A stretch of 64,000 nucleotides of DNA from Anthoceros angustus (taxonomy: Eukaryota > Plantae > Anthocerotophyta), in the NCBI GenBank assembly GCA_010909165.1, contig MU008159.1, positions 2,480,001 through 2,544,000 on the forward strand, in the 5' to 3' direction. Under the pieces are notes generated by a model. That model was not told the DNA's origin, did not search any database, and was given only the letters and a program-made list of their open reading frames with translations. Below, piece after piece: positions 52,273 through 62,504 of the stretch. A program made the position numbers and the translations under genes. The first letter of the stretch is position 1; every line of letters starts with the position of its first letter.

Positions 52273-52952
52273 GTCAAATCCTTGGCTCCACAATTGTGTA
52301 AAGCAAGCGTGTTGTGACACAAGGCTCAGAAAAACACAAGTGTAGTGTGAGCAAAAATTTTTCCAGGAGAGTTCAAAGCAAACACACTCACACCAGCCAC
52401 CTACAACGCATCAGCCGGATCCTGTGCTCCAAAATTGTTTTCCAGAGCACTCGCCCTATCAAAGCTTGACTCAATGCGCCGAACAGTTTCAGCAACATTC
52501 ACAAGATTAGTTGATGTGGGTGATCGACTGCCAAAGATTTTGATAATGGAGAGAGCGTTGCTCTGGTGCAGTAGCTTCGGCTTGGGCCTCGTTGTACTTG
52601 AACTCCTTGTAGGCGGCTTCCAAAGTCTCGGCGGAGAGGACGATCTTGGTTCCTCATACTTGACTATGACGGTATTGTGATGTCCGGTGTTGAAATCGTG
52701 TGTAGGAGGCACACTTCGCATAGCCAAGAGCCGTCGGAGGTGAGAAGGATCGCCACCAAAATCGCCACTAATTTCTGTTGGAAAAGAGCCCGAAAAACAA
52801 TTAACACGAGCGAAAGAAAAAAAACAGAACCGGTAGCCCCGTTGGAGGTGACGGGGGTCACGCCCGTTCGCGGAGCGGGCACACCGTTCCGTTGAACGGG
52901 CGCCCCGTTAACCCGAACGGGTGGCAGCCGTCGCGAACGCAGCGGCGCCAAT

Positions 52953-53674
52953 TTAAGGGCACCGCCGTGAGCGGGCCCGGCCCGCCGGTTGCCCAACAAG
53001 TTGGGCACCGTTGCCGGACCCACCCCTGCGGCGCGCGCCGCTGGCAGCGCGACTCGCGGTGGCCGCCGGCGCGTCTCCTGCGGCGCGTGCACTCACGACC
53101 TCGGTGAAATCCGCTGGTTGAGAGGACCTCCCCACAGATCTCGACGACCGATGGGGCGTCGAGGCTGATTGAATCGGGCGCCTCTCCTCTCCTGATTGCA
53201 GCCTGGATGGGGGAAACTCGGTGACGATCAAATCGTCGTCGCTCTCCCCCCAAGCAGAATTTCCAGCGGAATTGAGGCCGTCGGACAAATCCTTCTGGAG
53301 AGACGTGCTTGCTTCTTCATGGCACCTTGAGGATGTCCTGCAAGGTGAGGAATTGGGCTGGGAATCAGCAGAAAAACCAGAACGCCTGCATCTTTCCTGC
53401 AATCTCCTTTGTTGGCGATTGTGATGACTTGGCGATTGATTGGATCCCAATTCACGACGATTGTGGGCCGCATCGGCTGGGGAGTCCACCCTCTGTTATC
53501 CAAAGCTTGGATCAAAGCATCCAGGAAGTTGTCGCCCAAGGATTGATAGTAGCGAGGTGCATTCTGCCATCCGAATCCCCGTGAATTCCTTCGTTGAAGT
53601 GATCGCCCTTGAGCACGCTCCACATCGTCACCAAAGCGCCGAGAATGAGCAGCGTTGCGCCGATTTCTGGCCAT
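52953..53674 (-). CDS. Putative extra ORF in the long 5' leader of Copia-2
   Basis: ATG at 53674 opens MARNRRNAAHSRRFGDDVERAQGRSLQ..QSLGDNFLDALIQALDNRGW.. (to 53228); an overlapping frame continues to 52953. Lies between PBS and gag. Confidence 0.45.
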
Positions 53675-54180
53675 GTTGGTGTGTAGAAGCAAGGCTTGCT
53701 TGAATTGGAGGAGGAGTAAAGCTTAGAAGAGCAATGTGTATGAAGGAGCAAGGCTGAATGCCTTCCCTAAACACAAAGCCATGCTTATAAACCTATGTAG
53801 AGCACCCTATCAAATCTCCTCTTTTTAAAAAAGAGATAAATATGATAAAAATAGAAACATGCTTTTCTATTTTTTCATTTCTTCTAAAGGAAAAAAATTG
53901 TAGGACACTAAATCTAATCCTATAAGAATAGAGAGTCTAGATTTAGTGTAAGACATGGGTGAGCCAGCTACATTGTATGAAAGCGGCGACAAAGACATTG
54001 TCGTAACTTCCAATGGTGGTCTTGTCATTCCAATATGCTATCAAGAGCGGCGTATCTAATGCTTCTATCCATGAGCGAGCACGTAGAGCTTCATCGTCCA
54101 TTGCTCACCTAGATAGTGACACATTCGTAATCTAGCCATTGGATCTAGAGACCATGGTAAGAGCCCGTGGCTCGATACCA

Positions 54181-54382
54181 AGTTAAATTGCATGCGGAAG
54201 CGTCTTAAGCAAAGATGCTATATTAACAATGAATCAAGTGTGTTCATAGGTGGGCTTTTATAGGTGGTCTCGTGAGGGGTGTGTCCTTTCGCTAGCCTAG
54301 CTAACTACCTATACTAACTGCCAGGTCTAGCTGACTAACCATATTGGTACAGAACCAACGTGGTCTGCTATTATTTCTAACT
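54181..54382 (-). repeat. Copia-2 5' LTR
   Basis: Directly abuts the PBS; flanked by TSD TCATG. Confidence 0.96.
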
Positions 54383-54839
54383 TCATGGCCTTCAACATAG
54401 GGGACCATACATGGCATGCATGGAGGAATGGCATACGTTGACACGGAAGGGTTTCTGCACATACAACAAGTATCGCGCGGTGAAGGCGCCATGGCAAGCC
54501 AAGGTTGCAGGTGGCATGGCACGCCACGAAGTCTCCCTCCTCTCTCCTCTTTCCTCCCTCCCCCACCGCCCCGCGCCGCCCCCATGCCGGCACCACCACT
54601 CCCCACACACCATGGCCACCGTCATACCGTCACCACGGGGCTCCCTGGAATGTGGTCGCGGACATCGTCGCATCGCGGGCTGGATCGGTAGGCAATGTGG
54701 TATGCGAGAACGGGGCAAAGCATAAAAAATAGCAAATTAACACATGCATGGTCCGTGGAGCATGGCAGGTTCTAAGCTGGTCTTGCCCTTGAAATGGCAT
54801 GCCACATCTGTGGGCATTACCCAGACGAAATGGCATTGC

Positions 54840-55310
54840 GAACACTTGTCCTTGGGTCGCCAATAGGGGATGATTAAATGCAAAATTGTCTTATTGGAGG
54901 AAGGACTGCTCGTCTACACAGGGAATCATTTGTCCTTGTGTCACGAAATGGTAATCCACAAAGGGCAAATTCTGTCCTTGGCTCTCCAAATGGTCATCCA
55001 GAATGGCCAAAAATTGACATGAGGCGAAGACATGGTCATGACGAATGAGGAACATTTGTCCTTGGGTCACGAAATGATCATGCATGATGGGAATGTATTG
55101 TCCTTGGACCATGCAACGGTAATGAACAATGGCAAATTATTGTCCGTCGATCGAAATGATCTTCCATAATGGAAACATTTGTCCTTGGCTTCGAAATGGT
55201 CATCGAATGGCCAAAATTGACACGAGGCCAAGGCATGGTCATGACGAATGAGGAACATTTGTCCTTGGGTCGAAATGACCATACATAAGAATGTTTTGTC
55301 CTTGGACCAC
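54840..55310. repeat. Internal array of element 2, motif (A)TTTGTCCTTGG about every 40-45 bp
   Basis: About 10 copies of (T)TGTCCTTG(G), many followed by ..GAAATG(G/A)TCAT. Confidence 0.8.
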
Positions 55311-57099
55311 AATGCGCATGAAACCCATAACTTTGTCCGGCAGCTGAGCATGAAGGAGGGCTAGCTCCTTGAGTTTCGATCTCCCACAGCATGCGGGCGC
55401 GTCGTTCCGTTCGTGGAAGCTAAACCCCTTTCTAGGAACAAGCGAATCTTGATCGTCATCCGCGCGTACATCGATGCGTGTTCAATGGTGATTTCTTGGC
55501 GAGATCATGTGAGCCAAGCGATACCATATGCAGGGCGATGTGAAGGGCGGTCGGGCCTACACAGTAAAGCGCCGAGCCTCCTGCGTCAGTCTTTCGATCG
55601 TACATCTTTGAAGGATATGTCGCACAGGAAAGGATGAGTTGGGGAGATTTTCTAGTGAGGCGGCCATGAAGGATACCTTTGTTGATGTTATAGCATCTTG
55701 TGCCCCATATTTTCCTTCGATGATATGGTAATCCATAATGGGCTAAATATGTCCTCATTCATCGATACCCGGATGCCATATGGAACATGCATGGATGCCA
55801 TATGTGCGCAGAATGGTGTGGTGGACAATCGCTGTTGCTGTGTGTTTTAGGCATGTGAATGCCACATGTACACATATAGGTGGTGGGCGCAAACTCGAGT
55901 TTGTGCGGTCGGCGCATGCACATGGGCGGTGGCATGCCCTAGGACTTCGGCGCCTCGCCTCCTCTTCTCCTCTTGCCCCTCTTCCCCATCACCAGGTTAC
56001 CTCACCGCCCTTGATCGCCACCGGAGTTCCTGTTCACTTTGTCGATTATCGGTTGTGCATGTGCGGTGACTCGGTTGGCCTTCCTCGACCATGGTTTGGG
56101 ACGTTGACTTTGAGGATTTGGCTGGGCTGAAGCCGCGGAACAACGCCAATCCGGGCCGGATGTCGGTGCCCATAACGTCGCTGCGGAAGGAGGACTTGGG
56201 GCCCATCGGCGCTTGCGCCGCCGAGAGGGAGAGGCCGAAGCCGGAAAATGGTCCACAGAAGGGGACTTGGCGAGCGAGGCAAGCGGCCCACGGATGGAAG
56301 CACGGCGGATGGTGGAAGCGGCAAGTGAGGTGGGCGCGGTCGTGGAGAAAGCCGATTCCACAAGTGGAGAGGTGGATGCCCATGGCGTGGAGCGGAAGCG
56401 GCGAGAGAGGTGGAGGTGCGGAGGAGAACCTTCATGCAGGAGTGGAGTCTCAAGAGGCGGGCGATGCTCGGGCGGCGGAAGTGGAGTGGGTGTCTCCAAG
56501 TGGGGAGCTAACGCTACTGTTTCTGCAGGAGAGATTCCAAAGTCGGAGGAGGGATCTGCCAGGCGCGACATCCGGAGGAACGAGGACATTGGCCTTAGTC
56601 TGGAGCTTGAGGGTTGTGTCCAACTTGAGGAGCATGGTGGTGGTGCACAAGAGGGTGACGTGGTGCCGAGAGATGGCATACGTTTGTGGACCTTCGCTCG
56701 GTGGCGACGGACAACCCCAACAACGTGGCGGGAGGGAGCCTTTGGAGGAGGAAACTCCTGCGGTGGGAGTGGAGCCCGGTCTGCTGGTGGACGCGGTTGC
56801 GGAGGAGGGCCAAGGGCGCATGCCTATGATGGTGAGGAGGGCGGTGAGAGGAGGACACCGGCCGGCGAGGATGGGGAGAGCGGAGCGAGGAGGAAGATGT
56901 GGAGATGGCGGATCGAGGTCGAGGAAGACATGCCGACTACATTGCCAGCACATGAAATTGGAGGACGAGCACTGGCGGTAAGCCATTAGACGATGTCATA
57001 GCCGTGTTGTGCGAGCTACATGGCGTGGTGGCGTGTACATGGCGTGAGCCGGTTATGCGATGGAGGGTGGATAGAGAATGAGGAGGAGGATGAAGAGTC

Positions 57100-57616
57100 G
57101 TCCGATGAGGAAGGACGAGTGAGGAAGGCCTTCCACCGCGTGTGTTGGAGCTAGTGTGTGCAAAATGGAGTGCCATGGTCGAGCCACGAAAGTTTGCGAA
57201 AGGCGGTGAGGAAGGTAGAGTATGAGTTTGCAAGTATAGAGCGAGGATATTGTGGCCGGGTTTGCGGTGCATCGCGGACAAGGAACCACAATGTGGGCAA
57301 GAAGGTGCGGCGCAGTTACATGGAGGGAGAAGGGAAGGATGCAAAATGGTTGCATCCGCCTAATGTGAGAAGGCATGGAGAAAGGGCGTGCGCAAGCCGT
57401 GGTGACGCGAGCATGGGGTGTGTGGCCAACACCACGAAGGCCGCAACGCCGGCAAGAATTGCCACGAGCATGGGACGAATCCCTTTGGTCCAAGAGGAGC
57501 AAAGGAGTTCGGAAACATGTCCAGGGAGGGAGCGCAACCTGGATGAGTTGAAGTGGGCAGCAAGGCATGGATTGGACATCTTAGAATCGAGTGGTAAAAT
57601 AGTCGTTGACGGTTAA
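57100..57616 (+). pseudogene. TnpA-like gene, right arm of element 2 (acidic/low-complexity region upstream from about 56090)
   Basis: RVRKAFHRV..VEYEFA..RTRNHNVGKKV; HEHGTNPFGPRGAKEF; NLDELKWAARHG, colinear with 32430-33063. Confidence 0.6.
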
Positions 57617-58732
57617 TGGAATGCTTGGTTGTGATATGTAGGTTTCGCTATGTAGGACGTGAGCGAGTGATGCGTGTGCATGACTGGGAAGAAGGGAAGG
57701 CGGTGGAAGGTGAAGGCCAGTCGTGAAGGAAGGCATGAACCCGGTGGAGAGAAGGAAGATGGAGGAAGGTGCCAAGCAGGGGCGTCACCGTCAAGTGATG
57801 CCGGAGGCAACGTGGATGGTGGGGATCCCGGAGGTGTGATGGCGGTGCCGAAGGCGTATCACACGATCCGTGTCAAAAGCGTGAGTAGGGTGGCAACCCG
57901 GATCGAGAGATTGAATGCTATTCGTTTGCCGTCAATTGTGGAAGTGGTGATTTGGCAGCCTATGGGGCCGGAGTGAAGGGCTAGCCATTGAGGCTAGTGG
58001 GTCGAATGCCAGACGGTGGACCACACGGGAACGAGGAGGTCTTCGAAGAGGGTCAAGCAAAGACAACGGTGTTGAAGGCTGAGGAGTCCAGGTCGGACGG
58101 TGGCGAAGGGGTGTAGGCGCAAGTGACATAGGAATGGTTGGTACGTCTATGGGTAGGGGGCCGTTTGTGGAGGGGAATGTAAATGGTCGAGATGTTTTCC
58201 TGCGGACGATGGAGTCGCGGTGCATGGGTGGGTGATGGTCAATTAGCAACAAACAAGAGGGAATTGGTCGCCCACCTTTGTAGCCAGCATTGACATAGGG
58301 TCTGTAATTGTGGAAGTGGTGATTTGGCAGCCTATGGGGCCGGAGTGAAGGGCTAGCCATTGAGGCTAGTGGGTCGAATGCCGTAAGGTGGACCACACCA
58401 GACGAAACGAGGAGGTGCCGAGCGAAGAGGGTCAAGCAAAGACAACGGGTGTTGAAGCCGCAAGAGGAGTCTGAGTGGCGAAGGGGTGTAGGCGCAAGTG
58501 ACATAGGAATGGTTGGTACCTATGGGTAGGCTTGTGGAGGGGAATGTAAATGGTCGAGATGTTTTCCGCGGACGATGGAGTCGCCAGCATGGGTGGACCG
58601 GTGATGGTCAATTAGCAACAAACAAGAGGGAATTGGTCGCCCACCTTTGTAGCCCGGCATTGACATGCCTCAGAATTGTGAAAGTGGTTATAGAGGTCAT
58701 TTGGATAGGTGTAGGAAGATGTGGAGGAACCA

Positions 58733-60880
58733 CAAAACCATTGGTGTTGGTCGAAGAGTCACCAAGTGACGTCTCGGATTCAGGCACATGTTGGTGGTGC
58801 ATGACGCATATGCCCATATCACGTGGAGTTCATTGCAGTGGAAACAAATGCAAGGGATAGAGGACGATTGAAGTGTCCAAAAATTTGATTTAAATTGTCA
58901 ATAAAATCAAACACTTAGATATGTAAGGTATGAGAGTGACGTAAGGGTTAGCACATATATATTATTATATATAACAAGTCTTGATGCCTATATCGTACGT
59001 ACATGTATACAAAGAGGCACAATACACTAATATAATAGAAGTATAATGATGGATGTGTACATATAAACGCATACATACTTATGTCTTGAAGCCTACAAAC
59101 ATATATATGTATATTGAGTATATGCAAAGGAGGTAAAAGGAAGGAAGGGCGGAGAGAGAGGTCATTGTAACAAGCAAGTTGAAAGAGGAATAGTGGAAGA
59201 GTATAAAATGGTGATAGGGGAGGTCCTTCTCACGGTCATGAAGGAGGAGGAGAAGTGAAAGAGTATAAAAGGGTGTGATAAGGGGCAATAAATAGGAGGG
59301 TGAGGTGAGAGGAGAGAGACCAAGTATTGTGTTAAGATGGGGTGAGAAGTTGGATAAGAAAAGGACACCTTGAACACCAAGCCACCATAAAGTGTTGCAA
59401 TATTGAAGTGGTACATGAAGTGAGAGACCAAGCATTGTGTTAGGATGGTGGGAGAAGGAAGAGAAAGAATGGACCAACTTAACACCAAGCCATCAAACCA
59501 TGCGGAAGTTGGAAGTGGAAATTATTAACAATGCTTGTGAGAGGGTGTACCGAAGGGGAGGGGGAAGAGATAGTGTCAGGTTCGTGTTAAGATGGCTGCA
59601 CCAAACGGGGACAGAACTAACAAACTTAAAACCAACCCTCCAAAACATGTTGCAATGTGGAAGTGTAACAAAAAATTGCAACATCCACTGTAACATAGGG
59701 TGCCCTTTTCTAGTAGGGTAATTTGTCTTATGATCGGAAGTGGATTTGGAGAACACAAAAAATATGCATTACCATTGATCAAATCTGCACGCTTATAACC
59801 ACGAAACCATTGGTGTTGGTCGAAGAGTCACCAAGTGACGCCGCGTCGCCGTGAGGCACATGTTGGTGGTGCACGCCCGACGCATATGCCCATATCACGT
59901 GGAGTTCATTGCATCGGTGGAAACAAAGCAAGGGATAGAGGACGATTGAAGTGTCCAAAAATTTGATTTAAATTGTCAATAAAATCAAACACTTAGATAT
60001 GTAAGGTATGAGAGTGACGTAAGGGTTAGCACATATATATTATTATATAAACAAGTCTTGATGCCTATATAAAATGCGTACATACGTATACAAAGAGGCA
60101 TGTAAATACACTAATATAATAGAAGTATAACGGATGGATGTGTACATATAACGTACACATACTTATGTCTTGAAGCCTACAAACATATATATGTATATTG
60201 AGTATATGCAAAGGAGGTAAAAGGAAGGAAGGGGCAAGTGAGAGAGGTCATTGTAACAAGCAAGTTGAAAGAGGAATAGTGGAAGAGTATAAAATGGTCA
60301 GTGATAGGGGAGGTCCTTCTCACGGTCATGAAGGAGGAGGAGAAGTGAAAGAGTATAAAAGGGTGTGATAAGGGGCAATAAATAGGAGGTGAGGTGAGAG
60401 GAGAGAGACCAAGTATTGTGTTAAGATGGGGTGAGAAGTTGGATAAGAAAAGGACACCTTGAACACCAAGCCACCATAAAGTGTTGCAATTTTGAAGTGG
60501 TACATGAAGTGAGAGACCAAGCATTGTGTTAGGATGGTGGGAGAAGGAAGAGAAAGAATGGACCAACTTAACACCAAGCCATCAAACCATCTTGGAAGTT
60601 GGAAGTGGAAATTATTAACAATGCTTGTGAGAGAGGGGTGTACCCGAGGGGAGGTGGGAAGAGATAGTGTCGTTCGTGTTAAGATGGTGCACCAACGGGA
60701 CAGAACTAACAAACTTAATACCAACCCTCCAAAACATGTTGCAATGTGGAAGTGTAACAAAAATTGCAACATCATCGAACATAGGGTGCCCTTTTCTAGT
60801 AGGGTAATTTGTCTTATGATCGGAAGTGGATTTGGAGAACACAAAAATATGCATTACCATTGATCAAATCGCTTATAACC
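58733..60880. repeat. About 1.07-kb tandem duplication covering the right TIR of element 2 and its flank
   Basis: About 58733-59800 repeated at about 59800-60880, including TIR + TAA + flank; copies differ mainly by small indels. Confidence 0.9.
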
Positions 60881-61345
60881 CCAGCCAACCTCATTCAAAT
60901 ACATGCACTGAACAAAGACGCAGACAAAGCGTACATGGCATGAAGTGGATGCACGACTGGACTTACGGACATCGCGGATGGCATGGCATCGAGCGGGCGT
61001 AAGGAAGGCATGGCATATATGCGCTGCAGCCAAAGCGTCTTGGCGATGTGTCGAAGTGTCGGGGCCCGGTGGCATGGGTGGAGGGAGCTAAGCAGGCGTG
61101 TCTTCGCCATGATCGCCGTTCGGAGATCGCGGATGGGACGTTAACGAACTAGGCGTGCGGCCGAGGCGTGAATGGACAGCGGCGGACAGGCTTGCCATGG
61201 TCGCATGAGTAATCCCGTCCTGCGGGGCGCACAGCCTCTCGGACCACCCATTGTGGGCACGTCATACATTCTCGAACACGTTTTCAATATGGACATTTAA
61301 CACAAAAACCATCCCATACTGTCATTTCTGTTAATTTGTCTTACG

Positions 61346-62440
61346 GAGTATGTGCCTACACAAGAAAACCCTGGATATATTAACGAAAGCTCTTTCAAAA
61401 GAGGCCACGAGAAGCATGTTTGAGGTGGGGTTAGAGAGTCTGGAACTTTCCTATCTAACCCCAACTAGCCTACATGCCCGCTACCTAATCCCTCAGTTAA
61501 CATCGGTCTCGGAGGACTCTTCCTTTGGATTCTCGAGTCGGAGGGCTCTGGAGGCCTTAGCATCGGAGTCCTCACACATGTCATCTTGGGAGGAGCAGCA
61601 TCCTCCTCAATCCTCAAGGCAGATCCTGCGGTCAAGACACAAAGCAATTAGATAGCTTTAGGCGAGTGGGAGTAGGAGGCGAGATGAAGCAAAACCCAGT
61701 CACTTCGTGGCGGCTTACAACATGACCGAGGAGCAGTGTAACCACGCACTCGATCCGTTTCATGACCGGACCCGGTATGCTTGCATCGATGCAGATAGGA
61801 GAGCTGGGCATTGCCGGTGCCTAGGCTCACAATCTTCACATCCTTATCGGGGTTACCTCGAGGGAAATTCGAGGCCGTGAGGCCTCACCTCCCCTCCGTC
61901 AGACATAGCCTCGGGCCCACAGGCAGGCCACAGGCTCCCTCTTCTGAGTGGCGTGGGGGCAGCGTGGGAGAAATTGTGGAAGCTAAGCGCGCAATGGAGG
62001 ACCTCCCATGTCCTCCCGATTATGGCCTCGCGCCTAGTCCTCGGCCTGCCGCGTTGTGCGAGGCGCTCCCGTTTCTTGGTCGGCTCGAGCTTCCCCGGCG
62101 GTGTCGGGTCCCTTGCGAGCAGAGGAGGTTGTCCTAGCCGCCTTGCTTGCCGCGGCCTAGGGAGTCTCTTCTGGCGGGGTTCGCATCCTTAGAGGAGGGC
62201 GACATCTCGATCGATTCGCTCCACAACCCCTTCTCCAATTGCAGGCGTGAAGATGAAGAAGAGGAATATAACGCACTGGTGAGGAGGTTTCTCAGCACGC
62301 TCGAATATATACGGCGAGGGGCGTACGTGAGCAATGCATCTGCAGCTTTCACCCGACTCCATCCTACAAGGGTGGAGATGATCCGGTTGTTGGAGCATCA
62401 CTTTCCAAAATGATCAACAAGTGGGAGTGAAGAGTTATAC
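61346..62440 (+). mobile_element. 3' fragment of a third Copia element related to Copia-1
   Basis: RNase H C-terminus EYVPTQENP/DILTKALSKE at 61346-61440; PPT CAACAAGTGGGAG (62415-62427) identical to that of Copia-1, followed by TG; about 1 kb between pol and PPT. Confidence 0.8.
61500..62205 (-). pseudogene. Antisense extra ORF of Copia-3 (homologue of 18879-19692)
   Basis: MSPSSKDA.., EPTKKRER, EAMSDGGEVRPHGLE/NFPRGNPDKDVKIVSLG, VMKRIECVVTLLLGHVVS, FCFIS. Confidence 0.6.
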
Positions 62441-62504
62441 CCAAACACACCTCTGTCCGTCACCTCCTCCGACGGTCACCTCCTCCCGGCGAAGACAAAG
62501 CTTG

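Larger units (their letters stand above)
45741..54382 (-). mobile_element. Ty1/Copia LTR retrotransposon Copia-2, full length
   Basis: LTRs 45741-45943 (203 bp) and 54181-54382 (202 bp) differ by 1 substitution and 1 indel; TSD TCATG (45736-45740, 54383-54387); PBS TGGTATCGAGCC (54169-54180); PPT GAGAGGGAG (45944-45952); Copia domain order. Confidence 0.96.
33820..59718. mobile_element. CACTA-superfamily element 2 with CCCTA...TAGGG termini
   Basis: Perfect 30-bp TIR CCCTACTAGAAAAGGGCACCCTATGTTACA (33820-33849 / 59689-59718); 3-bp TSD TAA (33817-33819 / 59719-59721); GTTGCAA/GTTACA subterminal repeats; internal Tnp2. The right end recurs at 60804 through a tandem duplication. Confidence 0.93.
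16290..61345 (+). mobile_element. CACTA (En/Spm) element 1, outer host of the nest; 3' TIR missing
   Basis: CACTACTACAAAATGGG at 16290 followed by ATGACA/TAAGACA subterminal motifs. Their reverse complements (TGTCAT, TAATTTGTCTTA) recur at 59719, 60805 and 61260-61343. Internal Tnp2 and TnpA-like genes. No ...TAGTG end before the Copia fragment at 61346. Confidence 0.75.

Noticed and set aside
45739-54385. Canonical TG...CA boundary for Copia-2 using the TG and CA inside TCATG
   Set aside because: Those bases belong to the near-palindromic TSD; the inner LTR ends lack them (CCA|AGTTA and TAACT|CTCCC).
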